From: Piedraia hortae CBS 480.64
Taxonomy: Eukaryota
Direction of reading: 5' to 3'
Assembly (NCBI GenBank): GCA_010093745.1
Contig: MU005975.1
Span: forward strand, 62,001 to 126,000
DNA length: 64,000 nt
Shown: one piece after another, positions 22,953 to 35,139 of the stretch
How positions within the stretch are numbered: the first letter of the stretch is position 1
How the letters are laid out: each line of letters starts with the position of its first letter
Notes under the pieces: generated by a model
Seen by the model: only the letters and a program-made list of their open reading frames with translations
Told to the model about the DNA's origin: nothing
Database searches by the model: none
Program-made: the position numbers and the translations under genes

Positions 22953-25900
22953 ATGTTCTCCGGTTCCAGCTCGTACTTGGGCGGCGGCAACAGTGCGCGT
23001 CCGGGGCAGCAGAATTACTCGTCATTCTCGGGTCAACTGTCGCCGTTTGGGCAACAGCAGCAGCAGACTGGATTCCAGCAGCCGCAATACACTGGATTCC
23101 AACAGCCACAGCAGCTTCAGCCTCAACAGACGGGATTTCAACCCCAGCAGCTCCAGCCGCAGCAAACGGGTCTCCTCCCGCAGCAGCAGACAGGCTTTCC
23201 GCAACAACAGCAGCGTTATGGAGGCGTTTCGCAGGGTCTGCAGCCTCAACCGCAGCAGTTGCAGCCGCAGCAGACGGGATTTCAACAGCCTCAACAGTTG
23301 CAGCCGCAACAAACCGGTTTCCAGCCGCAGATGGGCGGTTTTCAACAGCCTCAACCCATGCAGCCGCAGCAGACGGGTTTCCAACAGCCTCAGTCTGGAT
23401 TCCAGCCTCAACAGCCTGGCTTTCAGCAGTCCCAGCCAACGGGATTCCAGCAACCGCAACAGACTGGATTCCAACAGCCACAACAAATCGGTTTCCAGCA
23501 GCCACAGCAGACGGGCTTCCAACAAACTCAGCAACCGGTCAAGCCGCAGCCAACTGGAATGACGAGCTCAGATATGGCCAATTCGTTCCGCTCGTCGGCA
23601 CCGCAGTCTCAACAAACCCAAGGTTTGTCTGGGAAAATTCCCAACATCCGTCTCTCCTTCATTACGGCCGGAGACCAAGCCAAATTCAAACAACTTTTTG
23701 AAAGCGCAACAGGAGGGGAAAAGGCGCTGTCTGGTGAGAAGGCAAAAGATCTCTTGCTGCGCTCGAAACTCGATGGAAACAGCCTCGCGCATATTTGGAC
23801 TCTAGCTGATACGACCAAGAGTGGCCAACTTCTCTTTCCCGAGTTTGCCTTGGCCATGTATCTCTGTAATTTGAAAATGATTGGCAAAGAACTTCCCTCT
23901 GTCCTGCCTGAGAAGGTTAGGAACGAGGTCAGTGGTATGGTGGATATCATTAGCTTTGGAGTGAATGATGCCCAGCAAAGCAACGTGCCTTCGTTTAAGA
24001 TCGAGCAGCCCCAGGCACAGAACCCAACAAATCAGCAGCTTTTGTCTGCTCTTACTGCTCAGCCTACGGGGCTCCAGCCGCAGCAGACGGGCTACATGCA
24101 GCCGCAACAGACTGGATTCCAAATGCAGCAGCAGATGCAGCCTCCGCAGACGGGCATGTATCCGCAGCAGACTGGACTGCAACCCCAGCAGACTGGCATT
24201 CAACCACAGCAGACGGGAATGCAACCCCAGCAAAACTACATGCAGCCCATGGCTACTGGCCTGGCTCCTCAGGCTACGGGCTTCCCAATGGCTGCGCCGT
24301 TGAATGCTCAGCCAACCGGCAGACCCGGTCAATGGGGGCTGGTAAATGCACCAGCATCCGGGCTGCCCAATCTCCAGGCTCTGCAGCAGCAGATGATGCC
24401 GCAGCCAGGGCGTGAGTCAGGGTTCAGCGCCCAGGGACTTCGCGGTAATGCCAGCGTACCATGGGCCGTTACCAAGGACGAGAAGAAGATTTATGATGAA
24501 ATGTTCAAGGCGTGGGATGGTTTCGGCAAGGGATACATTACAGGAAACCAAGCGATAGAGATCTTTGGTCAATCGGGACTGGAAAAGTCGGATCTGGAAC
24601 GGGTGTGGACACTGTCTGATCCGCATAACAAGGGCCGTCTGAATCTGGACGAATTTGCCGTGGCAATGCACCTGATTTATCGTCGTCTCAACGGCTACCC
24701 TGTGCCCAATCAGTTACCGCCTGAGCTCATCCCGCCCAGCACTCGCAACCTCAACAGCAGCATTGACCGCATGAAGGGCCTCCTCAGCGAAGATGCCGAG
24801 TCGAGGAAGTCTACAGGCTATCTGCAACCTCAGGGTACGGGCGTTTCGTATCTAAAGTCGCACTCGTTCAAAGGTGGGAATGCGAACCGCAAGGATGCCA
24901 CCATGTTCAAGAACAACGACGATGACGTTGGGTACAAGAGTTCCGCTCGTCGTAGAGCTGGACCCTCTGCACGCTCTCCTTCTCCATCTCAAGGCAAGGA
25001 AATGAGCGTTGAACAGCTAAAAAAGACTATCAAAGAGAAACAGATCCTGCTCGATGCAATGGACTTTGAAGCCGAAGACAAGGTTGACGAAGAAGATGCA
25101 TTGGACCGCAAAGACAAGATGGAGGCTGATGAGCTGTATAAGCAAATTCGCAAAGTGCAGGAGGAGATTGATAGCCATCCCGAGAGCCGTTCTGGTGACG
25201 GGGACTCTGATCGTCGTGACTTGCAGAAACAGCTCCGAACTCTGCAGGATCGTCTGCCCTCGCTCGCTAGCCAAGTGCGGAAATGCGAGCGTGCCATTGC
25301 CGATGCCCAGGTAGAGCTTTTCCGCCTCAAAGATGCAAAGGCGCATCCTGGCTTTGCTCTGGCGCTGGTCGGGACTGGACCCAATGGTGAGGTCACAGAA
25401 TCTGACCGCGTAAGGGCCAGAGCAAAGGCTTTGATGCAGCAACGCTCTGCTGCTTTGAGCGGCAAGAAGGTTGAAGTGGTCGATGATGGGTCGGCTGCTG
25501 CGGAGAGACTAGAAGAGGAACAGAAGCGTGTGAATCGCGAAAAGGAGGATAATGAGAAGATGGTTCGTGATGTTGAAGAGTCTGTTACCGAGTATTCGAA
25601 GAGTCTCGAGGCCGGCCTCAAGGAAGGCGGCGAGTCTGCTGCTACTGAGCATGAAAGGAGGCGGTGGCAAGAGGGATTGGGCGTAGAAGATGAGGTTCGT
25701 CAGTTTATATTTGACTTGCAGCGGAACTCGAGGGCTGCAAAGGTAAGGCAAGAGGAGCAGCCTAAGAAGGAGGCAGCAGTCAAGGCTGAAGCTCCTGCTA
25801 CTGCTGCTGCTCCGTCTACCTCTACTTACTCTGCCTACCGTACCGGCGAAGAACGTGCGGCATATCTCAAGCAGCAGGCCGAGCAGAGGATGGCAGAACG

Positions 25901-27188
25901 CATGGCAGCCCTTGGTCTCCGAGCACCTATTAAAAGTACAGGCGGAGAATCGGCTGCCCAGCGAGCCGAACGCGAGCGGAAAGAGCGTGAAGATCGTCTA
26001 AAGCAGGCAGAAGAAGAGGACCGGAAGCGCGAACAAGAGCGTCAGGCACGGTTGCAAGATGAAAGCCCCGCCCCACCGCCAGCTGTGAAGAAGGCTCCTC
26101 CTCCGGCCCCGACGCCTAGAAAACCGCGGACCGAGAGCATTGATGAAACTGCCAAGAAGGAGGAGGCGGCCAAGCAAGAAGCCGCAGCCGCAGCGTTGGA
26201 GAATGAAGCGCGGGCCATGGAAGAAGAGGCGAACCGCCAGGAACGTGAGCTGCAGGCGCAACGTGAGGCGGCTGAGGAAGAACTACGTAAAATGGAGGAG
26301 CAGGTTAAGGCGGGTAAATTGAAAAAGGCAGAGGAGAAGAAGAGGAAAGAAGCTGCCAAAAAGGAGGAAGAGGAAAGGAAGAGGAAATTGGCCGAAGAGC
26401 GGAAGAGGATTGAGGAACTTGAGGAGAAGAAGAGAGAGTTGGAGGCGCAGATGGACAAGGACGACAGCGATGAGGACGAGAGCGGTGACGAGTGGTTTGA
26501 CGCTGATAATGAGGACAGTGAGACGGCGCCATCTCAAGTCGCTTCAGGAACTCCCGCAGCGCCTCAAGTCGCTCCTCCAGAGCCACCTGCTCCCCCTCCT
26601 GCCGCTGATACGCAGAGCAAAAATCCCTTCTTCAAGTCGATGCCCCAAGGCGGAGCGTCCTCTACACCATTAATCGCCCCTCCTGGCTCAGGCACGAACC
26701 CATTTCATCGCACCACCCTGCCCAACGCAACTGAATCCACTAACCGCTCCCGCGCCGAACCAAAGGACGAAGACGACTGGTCCGTAGCGGAGAATTCCGA
26801 CGACGAAGACGACGAAGACCGTCCCACCCGCGGAAGCGCCCGCGACCTCGCCAGTATCCTCTTCGGCACAATGGCTCCCCCTCGACCTCTCAGCAGTCTT
26901 GGGAACAAGGAGGAGAAGGAAACTTCTTCATCATCCGCACCACCCCCTCCACCCCCAATGCCGTCAACCGCAGCCTCCGGTCCATCTGGTCCCCCACCCC
27001 CGCCGCCCATGCCTCCAGGTGTAGCACCACCTCCCCCTCCCGCTCCCCCCTCAACAATGCCTACCGCTCCCCCTCCAGGCGCACCAGACCGCAGCGGTTT
27101 ATTGCAGCAGATTCAAATGGGAAAGGGTCTCCGTAAGACGGAGACGAGGGATAAATCGGGCGCGAGTGTGGCGGGGAGGGTGTTGTAG
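22953..27188 (+). CDS. PAN1: Endocytic actin-regulatory scaffold Pan1
   Basis: Start [18 protein letters not shown] repeats, two EH domains ([11 protein letters not shown]..; [13 protein letters not shown]..), coiled coil, NPF motifs, polyproline, C-terminal WH2. Confidence 0.95.
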   Translation: MFSGSSSYLGGGNSARPGQQNYSSFSGQLSPFGQQQQQTGFQQPQYTGFQQPQQLQPQQTGFQPQQLQPQQTGLLPQQQTGFPQQQQRYGGVSQGLQPQPQQLQPQQTGFQQPQQLQPQQTGFQPQMGGFQQPQPMQPQQTGFQQPQSGFQPQQPGFQQSQPTGFQQPQQTGFQQPQQIGFQQPQQTGFQQTQQPVKPQPTGMTSSDMANSFRSSAPQSQQTQGLSGKIPNIRLSFITAGDQAKFKQLFESATGGEKALSGEKAKDLLLRSKLDGNSLAHIWTLADTTKSGQLLFPEFALAMYLCNLKMIGKELPSVLPEKVRNEVSGMVDIISFGVNDAQQSNVPSFKIEQPQAQNPTNQQLLSALTAQPTGLQPQQTGYMQPQQTGFQMQQQMQPPQTGMYPQQTGLQPQQTGIQPQQTGMQPQQNYMQPMATGLAPQATGFPMAAPLNAQPTGRPGQWGLVNAPASGLPNLQALQQQMMPQPGRESGFSAQGLRGNASVPWAVTKDEKKIYDEMFKAWDGFGKGYITGNQAIEIFGQSGLEKSDLERVWTLSDPHNKGRLNLDEFAVAMHLIYRRLNGYPVPNQLPPELIPPSTRNLNSSIDRMKGLLSEDAESRKSTGYLQPQGTGVSYLKSHSFKGGNANRKDATMFKNNDDDVGYKSSARRRAGPSARSPSPSQGKEMSVEQLKKTIKEKQILLDAMDFEAEDKVDEEDALDRKDKMEADELYKQIRKVQEEIDSHPESRSGDGDSDRRDLQKQLRTLQDRLPSLASQVRKCERAIADAQVELFRLKDAKAHPGFALALVGTGPNGEVTESDRVRARAKALMQQRSAALSGKKVEVVDDGSAAAERLEEEQKRVNREKEDNEKMVRDVEESVTEYSKSLEAGLKEGGESAATEHERRRWQEGLGVEDEVRQFIFDLQRNSRAAKVRQEEQPKKEAAVKAEAPATAAAPSTSTYSAYRTGEERAAYLKQQAEQRMAERMAALGLRAPIKSTGGESAAQRAERERKEREDRLKQAEEEDRKREQERQARLQDESPAPPPAVKKAPPPAPTPRKPRTESIDETAKKEEAAKQEAAAAALENEARAMEEEANRQERELQAQREAAEEELRKMEEQVKAGKLKKAEEKKRKEAAKKEEEERKRKLAEERKRIEELEEKKRELEAQMDKDDSDEDESGDEWFDADNEDSETAPSQVASGTPAAPQVAPPEPPAPPPAADTQSKNPFFKSMPQGGASSTPLIAPPGSGTNPFHRTTLPNATESTNRSRAEPKDEDDWSVAENSDDEDDEDRPTRGSARDLASILFGTMAPPRPLSSLGNKEEKETSSSSAPPPPPPMPSTAASGPSGPPPPPPMPPGVAPPPPPAPPSTMPTAPPPGAPDRSGLLQQIQMGKGLRKTETRDKSGASVAGRVL

Positions 27189-28566
27189 AGATGTAGATAT
27201 CGTTAATGGGTATGGATTAAGATGGAAAGTTAGAGATCGTTGCGTTTCATTCGGAGGTTGAGACTAAAAGTTGTAGCGCCGGGGAATTTACAGTCGTTTT
27301 GTCATGAGAGTAATCATCTTCACGGGTGGGGAGTAGATGTTTTGGTTCGAGTTGGAAGCATCATACCGTTTCAACCCGGAGCGTGGACAGCTGCCTATCA
27401 CTGCGTGATCATCATCCATTTACGGCCATCGAAAGACAACCTGCGTAGGACATCTTCAGTCCTTGAGCGAGAGTACAGTCTAGTCTGGTGGTAGTGTGGT
27501 CCGACGCGGGAATTTTGCCCGCTGTCAAGGACCCGCGGTATCCAGGTACATACCCACGTGTGAATGAAGAGGAATTGAGGGCCTTGAAATCGCGCTATAA
27601 AGATGGATTCGCCATATTCAGTGTTCGCTATAATCAGGTAGGAGTCTGAGAAGGGAAAGTCGTGCGAATTCTGCTGTGCTCACCCCAACATAACGCTGGA
27701 CGAAGACATTTGGCGGGTTGGTGGGAATTGTGTAAAAGGAGAGGAGAAGCCACTGCGTACTTGTGGAGGATTGCATCGATGGCGATACCATAGCTGGGAG
27801 TACACCGAGCGTGGGGGAAAATCTTGGTTGCGAAGGGATTGAGCAAATAGAAGTGAGCGTGGGGGGAAGCTTAGTTGTGGACGGCATTGAGCAGTCTGGA
27901 GGGAGAGTGGGAGTAAAATCTCGGTTGTGGATGCGAGGACGACAGCGAGATTGCGGAGGCATAGAGCAGATAATTTAGCGTGCGAGTAAACCTCGTTTGC
28001 GGGATGGATCGATACGACAACAGCGAGCTTGGGGAGATTTTAATCACGAGCGGGATAGGATAGGCTTCCTTTTCGCAGTACGATAGTTTGCACCGTTGGG
28101 GACACTAGGCGAAGGCTTTCAACGAACACGTAGCACAAGATAGGTGTGGGGACTGTTACCGAGATGTCTTCATGATTTGGACAAAGTTCAAGTATGGGCG
28201 GGGAGTCCCCGCTGACAATCTTCCCACTAGGTATGTAGTTATAGATCACAAATGCCTCTTTTCACAGTAGGAAAAGTTTTCGTCATCACTGGACATGCTT
28301 CAGTACAAAGTTTGATTTGCTAACGGATATCACCGATTACGAAAGACACCGATGCCGTTTTCATCCACGGATGTTTGCATCGCCGGCTGAGGAAAATTTA
28401 CATGTTTGGTGAAAATGCTGGCACGGGTACTAGCGCCCGAGGATATTCCGCCAATAGGTGTTGGTTGCGCTTGTGACCGAGCGCAGGCGCTAAGTGAGCT
28501 GAATGATCAGTTTTCAACAAACCGCATCAGGAGGGGGAATGTTAACCATCCCAGGATCCCAGGATA

Positions 28567-29045
28567 TGTAGCGATAATACTCTTGTGGATGGGAGTGCGC
28601 AGCGGCCCGAACTAGGAGGACGTAGCGGTAGACAAAGATCAACCACAGGGATAGTAAAGACGCAGGTGGGTAGGAGTCAATGCCAGTATCGATATGACAG
28701 TGTGAATGTCAATATAAGTTGAAGGATGTGTCACGTGATGAACATGTACAACGTCCTTGTGTATGCAGCACATATAACATACTATTAGCTCGTTTCCTTT
28801 AACTATATATGTGTCTGTATCTCTATAAGGGGACGTCGGAATAAGTATTCTGTGCCGGTGGGCCGGTGACGTCATGTCATGATATGAGTCATCTATGACT
28901 CACCAGCGCGGCGCATTCGCCATGACCCTGAGGGAAAACCTCTTTGAGGGAAAAACCTAGGGTGCAGCAGGTAGTGTAAGGGCTACAGCTGACTTGCTGT
29001 GCAAGTGCCCCGCATGCGCGCTAGCGGCGATGCCTGACTCCAACA
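28567..29045 (-). mobile_element. Solo LTR, family A variant, with nested 88-bp insertion
   Basis: TGTAG..CCAACA, colinear with 10963-11321; flanks GGATA/ACATA are not a clean TSD. Confidence 0.85.
28717..28804 (+). mobile_element. AGTT..AACT mini-element, internally deleted copy; TSD ATATA
   Basis: Absent from the other family-A LTRs; homologous to 29836-29954. Confidence 0.8.
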
Positions 29046-29199
29046 ACATAAGCATCCAAGGGAGGAACTACCTGCACCCACCTTTCCTAATTGGGTGAGG
29101 CATTCAAGAGTGATGAGATGCGTTGATTATGTCCGCTGCATGATACAGGAGGTCTATATTACTGTATATGTAGTTGTACAAAGTGAAATTCCATTGACT

Positions 29200-29580
29200 C
29201 TTCATTGTAAGATTGCTTCGCATTTTGACCATGTTATCAAATTTATCCGAACCCGCTGCCCAGAAGCATCCAGCTATTACCAACAAAGAACATGGTAAGC
29301 TCATTGAAATCTGCTTGAGTGATGGGCACGAAGAACTACCCGATGTGTTGTGTTCAAATTCAGTGGCATTTGCATCCCTTATGGAATTTATTCCCCCAAC
29401 TCACACATCAACGCTGCCATGCCCATTGAAAAAGCCATTGCTTCGGTAATTCAATAGCTTATTGAGTTGAATGATGAGTAGTTTGCCCAACTGAATGGTG
29501 CGAGGGGTGTCGGTAAATCACTATCGAAGAATCGCAAGGAGGGGGAATGGCTTCTCAAGAAGCAGGAATTGATGGAAAAG
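29200..29580 (+). mobile_element. Possible degenerate MULE transposase fragment
   Basis: YYQQRTW*AH*NLLE*WARRTT..NSHINAAMPIEKAI weakly resembles the MULE DDE C-terminal region. Confidence 0.25.
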
Positions 29581-29835
29581 ATGTGACTTCCCTTTCGCCG
29601 AAGCAATGCACAGTGTCAACGATTGGTAGGAAGAATGATTGTGCAAATGATTTTTATGTTCATCAGGTTCGCAAGAAACGCAGGGTATGTGAATCTACCT
29701 AATTAGGAAAGATGGGCGCGGGCAGTTCCTCCCCGGGATGTTTAACATTCCCCCTCCAGGAGGTCCAGATTAGGGACCTTTCGACTGATTCTTCCCGTGA
29801 GTTAGTTAATGGATATTGTTTTGTGTATGTAACTA

Positions 29836-29954
29836 AGTTGAGGGATGTGTCACGTGATGACCATGAACAACGTCCTTTCATGTATGCAGCATATATAACT
29901 ATACCATTATTTATGTCTTAGTGTACTCACACTATCAGTTCGTCCCATTTAACT
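29836..29954 (+). mobile_element. AGTT..AACT mini-element (119 bp); flanks AACTA/AGCTA
   Basis: Terminal inverted repeat; homologous to copies at 28717, 35140 and 47397. Confidence 0.8.
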
Positions 29955-29957
29955 AGC

Positions 29958-30110
29958 TACGAGGCGCTGGCCAGCGTCGGTTGCATCATCGACATTGTTG
30001 TCGCTAATAGATTTCTTGTTTCTCATACATAGTTGCGCCCGCCGGCTCGGGCAGGCAGTCGCATTGATGTCTTTCTTTCATTGCTGTGTCCTCTGCCCAC
30101 ACCAGTGATA
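29958..30110. repeat. Dispersed ~150-bp repeat, copy 1
   Basis: Colinear with 54642-54790 (ACATTGTTGTCGC..ACATAGTT..GCCCGCCGGCTCGGGC..GCAGTCGC). Confidence 0.7.
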
Positions 30111-30206
30111 GTAGCTGAGTTGATGTGGTGGAAATGTGTTGGTGAAGTTGTGCGGTTCACATGTTAGATTGGGGCAGCGCTATTCCGGATTCGGATGACC
30201 GCACAT

Positions 30207-30493
30207 TATTATAATTGTGAGCAGATGTGTACCTGCATACAAATCTCTNNNNNNNNNNGAGAATGACAGCTCTTTTTCTTTCGTAGCTCATGGTCTCTGG
30301 AAGCTCCGCTTTCGCTTCGAGACTCAATTTGAATAGCGCTTGTTAGCGGTAGAGCCCGGGCTCATAACCTATTATAATTGTGAGCAGATGTGTACCTGCA
30401 TACAAATCTCTACGGAAAACTAGTTGACGCGTGAAGTCGAGAGCCGAGCGACGGTTACTAATAATGCGCGTAATATACCGCATATTCACAACA
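30207..30493 (-). mobile_element. Ty1/copia LTR retrotransposon whose interior is collapsed into the N-gap (30249-30258)
   Basis: 5' LTR 30370-30493 (124 bp); part of 3' LTR 30207-30248 is identical; TSD CACAT at 30202-30206 and 30494-30498; PBS GGTTATGAGCCC; ORF start MSYERKRAVIL at 30291. Confidence 0.85.
30358..30369 (-). promoter_or_regulatory. Primer-binding site complementary to the initiator tRNA-Met anticodon arm
   Basis: GGTTATGAGCCC directly abuts the LTR end, as in Ty5 and Drosophila copia half-tRNA priming. Confidence 0.8.
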
Positions 30494-30704
30494 CACATCC
30501 AGCTTGATCTTAGCAGGTTTAGAGGGACGCAGCTGCTGATGGGTAGTGCAAGAAGCCGCACATGCTCCTGACAATTCAGGATACTACGTGAGACACAACA
30601 AGATGAGATGGAATGCGGTGAAAGAATCGTTGGTCGGGCACACTCAAGAAGCCGTCAAGGCTACCTGAACGTCGTGATGATTGCTCGACACTATGTCTCT
30701 TGGC

Positions 30705-32111
30705 TCAATATTCCGACGTCCCGCGCCATTGCATACCGCCGCACCACCCGACCCATCTTCTCTCTCGGGGACCGCGAGCGAGGGCGACGACGAGGGCGGA
30801 CATAAGGAACAGCAATGTGGGAATCTTGCCACGCCACGTTGATGTTGAGATCGAGGTCCAATCAGTGACGGCGGGGATTCTAAAAAAATTAGCCGTCATT
30901 GTGCCGATAACGCCCCAAAATACGTAAATTGCCTCCATCCCGTTCTGGAACTGAGTCGCGCCTGAAAACATGGAGAGCCGGATGCCGACCTGCATCAACT
31001 CTCTTCCCAGCTCGGCGAAGAAAACTTGCAGAATAGGGCCAAGGAGCTGGGGCTTGGAGAAATTGCTGAATGTCAACCCTGTGAAGCAAAGGGCGATGCC
31101 GACACATACAGTCACTATAGACGTGACGTACTTGCCGATGGTGCCGGCGTATAGAGGCGTGATCACGATGGGAAGACAGGCTGCCCCGACCAGAGAGTAA
31201 TGTTCCCAGTCGTTCGAGCCGTCGCCACTGAATACGGCCCCCCGCAGAAGCCCCCACTGACTTGGAAAGACGGCGCCAACGCAAAATGCGAGGACGCTCG
31301 CCTGCAAGACGCGGGGGTTCTTCCCGAGGAGTTTCCACACGCTCCAGAGCTGCTTGTGAGGAGGGAGGCCGGTCGAGTTGGAGGGGTAGTCGGGCATGAA
31401 CGCCCAGGTCAAAAGCAGCGCAGCGAATTGGACACTGGTCGCCACCCAATAGACGTACCGCCAGGAGGAGTATCTCGGCAGCACAAGTGATATCACTCGG
31501 GTGTAAATAGCGCCAACCTGGGTGGCCGAGACGACCATGGCGACGCGGGCGGGGCGCTCTCTTACCGGTACGACCTCCCCGATCACCGCCATCAGGACTT
31601 GGCAGGCGATGACGGGGATGCCCGTGAGAAAGAGGAATGCCTGATAGGCTTCGGAACTCGTCGTTGTGGCCAGACAGAGGGCGAAGATAGCGCCGGAAAG
31701 AATTAAGATCAGCAGGACGAGACGGCGTCGGTATTGATCCGCGATGGGGCAGAGTAGAACCAAACTACTCGCGTAGGCGCCCAGGGAGAAGGAAGGGACA
31801 TCTCCTGCCATGGGAACGGCAGCCGCAGACGCCACATATTTCAAGACTGACACCGTCCAAAAAAGGCTGGCATTCATTGCCGCGGACAAGAAGCAAAAAA
31901 GGAGGGCCAAGTACCAGGAGAAGCGCGTTGGATGTTCACTGTCAAAACGAGCGGTTGGCGGAACCCACTTGACGATATTGCACAGTGTTGTCATAATTTT
32001 CAGGAAAGAGCTGCGCCGAGGAGCATCTTCCTCGACCGATAATAATGATAATATAGGTGACTCGTCCTGAGAGCGTTGGCGAATCGTGCTGGATGACATT
32101 TCACGGCTCAT
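30705..32111 (-). CDS. Major facilitator superfamily transporter (paralog 2), intronless
   Basis: Colinear with 1805-3229 (WVPPTAR, GAVFPSQW, ELGRELMQVGIRLSMFSG, RGPRERRWVGW); start could be ATG 32153, 32111 or 32099. Confidence 0.88.
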   Translation of the reverse strand: MSREMSSSTIRQRSQDESPILSLLSVEEDAPRRSSFLKIMTTLCNIVKWVPPTARFDSEHPTRFSWYLALLFCFLSAAMNASLFWTVSVLKYVASAAAVPMAGDVPSFSLGAYASSLVLLCPIADQYRRRLVLLILILSGAIFALCLATTTSSEAYQAFLFLTGIPVIACQVLMAVIGEVVPVRERPARVAMVVSATQVGAIYTRVISLVLPRYSSWRYVYWVATSVQFAALLLTWAFMPDYPSNSTGLPPHKQLWSVWKLLGKNPRVLQASVLAFCVGAVFPSQWGLLRGAVFSGDGSNDWEHYSLVGAACLPIVITPLYAGTIGKYVTSIVTVCVGIALCFTGLTFSNFSKPQLLGPILQVFFAELGRELMQVGIRLSMFSGATQFQNGMEAIYVFWGVIGTMTANFFRIPAVTDWTSISTSTWRGKIPTLLFLMSALVVALARGPRERRWVGWCGGMQWRGTSEY

Positions 32112-32479
32112 GAAATGACAAACTCGTTTGATAAGAAGAGAGAGGTTAGCCATCAACGCGAGGTCACGCTAGGAGCGCAAGCTCCCGCATGAAATTGATT
32201 AGTAGTTTGGTGGTGTTCAATCAGAATTGTGGCAGGTGTGATAAGGTTAATTGACGTCTTGGGTGCCCTGCAATCACCGTAATCAATTGTAAAGGCTACG
32301 TGTCACTTTATGACATATTTAAAGGCTAACTGCTATAAGTTCCTTGACGTAAACAACTGATCAATAAGAAGGGCCATATTCTTAAGAAGCCGGCATTATT
32401 TCTATGAGAACACCTTTATCAACACCGCGCGGAGATAATTGATGTCATTATGCAGCCCGGCAACGCAACGCGGTTCTCA

Positions 32480-32745
32480 GAAGGAGGAAGGGATTTACTC
32501 ACATCACTTCGACATTGGCGAATGGTGACGCCGTCAACAATGTGTGTGACACCTCACTATGGAATCCGTCTGAGGCCTAGAGAAGGCTTGCACCGCAAGA
32601 CTGGTCTAGACTCTCTTCCCGGCCCGAACCGCATTCGCCGTGCCAACATCCTTTGACGTAACCACGCTCCAGGGGAAACATCCTCCATGAGTTAAAAACC
32701 ATGGAGAGTCCGGTGCTCTATCTACCTAAGGCAGATGTCTGACAG
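32480..32745 (+). mobile_element. Truncated LTR, family D
   Basis: Near-identical inverted copy of about 36112-36377; lacks both termini. Confidence 0.8.
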
Positions 32746-32799
32746 CGGTCAAGGAGAGGATTTGCAATCATTACCAGTGACGAATGACAGTGAACCAAC

Positions 32800-33730
32800 T
32801 CATCTTTGCAGCGCTATTTCTTGAAATCGGCATTCAGATGTGCGTTGTGGCAACGGTGCTGTCCGTGCTCAATGTGGGTGCTGATAGTTCAAGTATCGTC
32901 TCTACATTTTAGATTTGCTCGCTAGAACGTCTTTAAGATAATGTTCGGCCCGCTTTGCTTGGTTGCCCAATGTTGGAGATCCATTAGGACGCCTTGAAAA
33001 ACTTTTCCCCCTCCGGAACCATTTCAAAAGTCCCAATGCCGGCGGGAAAAGTCGTGAAAACTTGTCATTGGGGGTTTATTGCTGGATGGTGCCTGTTATG
33101 GGCAATGGATACGTAGGAGCTGCATTATACAACGAATCAAACCAGTTGCGTATGGGGTACTCATGCCCTCGTTGTTTGTGCTCTGGCTTACTCAAGACAG
33201 AATAGCTTTCATCGCTGGCAGGTCTTCTGCGACAGGAATCTCAATAGCAGTACCGACATCCAGCTTCACCGGAGATGGCACCTTGATTTCTTTTGCTCAG
33301 TTAGCGAGAGACCCAACACCAGCCAAATAATACTGCCCGCTGCTTGCATACGACGGGTTCCATGATCGTCGCGCGTCCCCAAAATATGGTCTGTAGCGTC
33401 TGCCGTATACTTGGAAAGCTCTCGCGGCCGTTATGGAACTATACAGTATTTCTGTCAAAGTCATCATCGCCTTTTACATCTTCTAAATCATTTCTGCCAC
33501 GAATCCGGCTCAGCAGATGGTCGATGTTGATGATTCCGCATAGAAGTGTTGATAGTATTGTTTGCAATTACAAAGAGCATTTGCTACGAGGTTAGGGAGG
33601 TATTTGCACCTTAACCTACATCAACCCGATCCAACTGGAACATCATTTGACAATAGTCAACAGTTGTACCTCTGTCATTCTGTATATATGGTTCCGCGAA
33701 CTTTGCAATGAGGCTCTCTTGTCCATGTTA
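32800..33730 (-). mobile_element. Possible degenerate Helitron2/Helentron-type RepHel N-terminal region
   Basis: QESLIAK..RG, RESFPSIRQTLQTIFWDARRSWNPSY, FSRLFPP and LQHWA echo EMLIAR..FRVRR..WL..HPxY..FPTLFP..WAxH; heavily decayed. Confidence 0.35.
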
Positions 33731-34455
33731 TGGCCATCTAAGATGTGAATTCTGGGTGAAAAGGTGGTGTAACTGTGTACGTCTCTACGTGCTGAGAGCT
33801 AACGCGGCCGGAAAGTAATTCGTGTAAGTTTTGGTGAACTGGCGGTCGTTTTTGAATCGACTCATAATTGCGTTGGGCAAATGAATGTTTCGTTCGTGAA
33901 ATGTTTACTTTCAAACGTCTGCATTTTGCTTTGAGAGAACATATGATTGTTGCTTGATAGGTGAAACAGACGAAGACAAGAAACCCGGCCATGGTGGGGT
34001 CTGGTTGCTTGGTGTAGGCCGGCAATCACAGGGTTTTCAAGATTGCGGAGTAATTCCTTGAGGTATACCTCGCTAAACTTTCAGGTCAGTTTTTGTCAAA
34101 TTTGAGGTAGGATTTGTCACATTCACCGTAAAAACGTAAGGTACTTTAAACCAAAGTAGGCTAACCCCCAGCTTTGAAATCCACAGATATACAGCTGATA
34201 CTGCGTCACTGCCCAGGATAAATATCATTGATGATCAGGACTGTAACTGACCAGTCATATGAAAATTACTGTCGGCTGTGGCTGTGATACAGGTGTTCGC
34301 AAATGGAAATCTGCCTCTTGATCCCAATTTCCAATGCTAGGCTGTTGCAAGTTTAAGCGCTCATCCTCTACGCTGCACCCGCACAGCCTAGACAGCATTA
34401 TGCATTTCGAAGTATTCAGCACCCCAAAACTCTCTCAATAATAGCCTTGAGCTGT

Positions 34456-34494
34456 AAATATGCGCTACAAATATGCACTACAAATATGCACTAC
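34456..34494 (+). repeat. 13-bp tandem repeat x3 (AAATATGCRCTAC)
   Basis: Read directly. Confidence 0.85.
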
Positions 34495-34948
34495 TTAAGT
34501 ATAACGTGCCGAAGCCTTGAGTAGCCACATCGGCTGCTGTGAGGACGCGACGCTTGCACCCTCGGGCTCCCCAACTTCTGCGCCTTGGACGCTGTAAGTA
34601 TGAGCCGGTCTGGAAGGATGTGTACGTCACAATAGCAAATAGAAGACTCAAGTGGAAGTAACCTGAATCGCAATGGAAAAGAGCAGCGTCTTTCCTTAGC
34701 AGCCTCGCCCGTCAACCATCAGCATTGAACATGCGATAAGTCCACTAACATAGCAGTCACACGCCGAAAACAAAGCTCAGTAGATAGAGCAGCAACCGCA
34801 GATCCTGATACGCCCTTTCTTGCGTCGTTCCATTTGATGAATGACCTACTAAGCGATCTTTTGGTGAGAATCCCTAAACATGCCTAAACTAAGCCGATCG
34901 GTGCTGGAGGAAGATCAGAGCTCTCATTGCGGGGTCTCTGGGGACAGA

Positions 34949-35138
34949 TGTTATAGTCAAGCGTCGTCGCTAGCGCATATGCGGGGTACTTGCGCAGCAC
35001 GTCAGTGACACGTCCTGCACCAACAACTGCACACTAGATTTTATCCTCAGAGGTTTCTCTCAGGGTCATGTCGCATGTGACATGGTGAATGCGCACTGCT
35101 ACTGTTAAAGGTGAGTCATAGAGTCAGACTGCATGCTT
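34949..35138 (+). mobile_element. Partial chimeric LTR (family-A start, family-B continuation)
   Basis: Start matches 41164; after the shared core it follows 7260-7300. Confidence 0.7.
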
Positions 35139-35139
35139 A

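Noticed and set aside
23050..23560. Regular repeats and Leu/Arg-rich antisense ORFs (CRISPR-like or separate gene?)
   Set aside because: These are the known QQTG coding repeats of Pan1; no spacer structure, and the DNA is eukaryotic
27618..27962. 114-aa minus-strand ORF after PAN1
   Set aside because: No motif and no convincing splice model
30207..30493. Duplicated sequence around the N-gap as a simple scaffolding overlap
   Set aside because: Matching outer TSD, a PBS and an independent solo copy show these are two LTRs of one element
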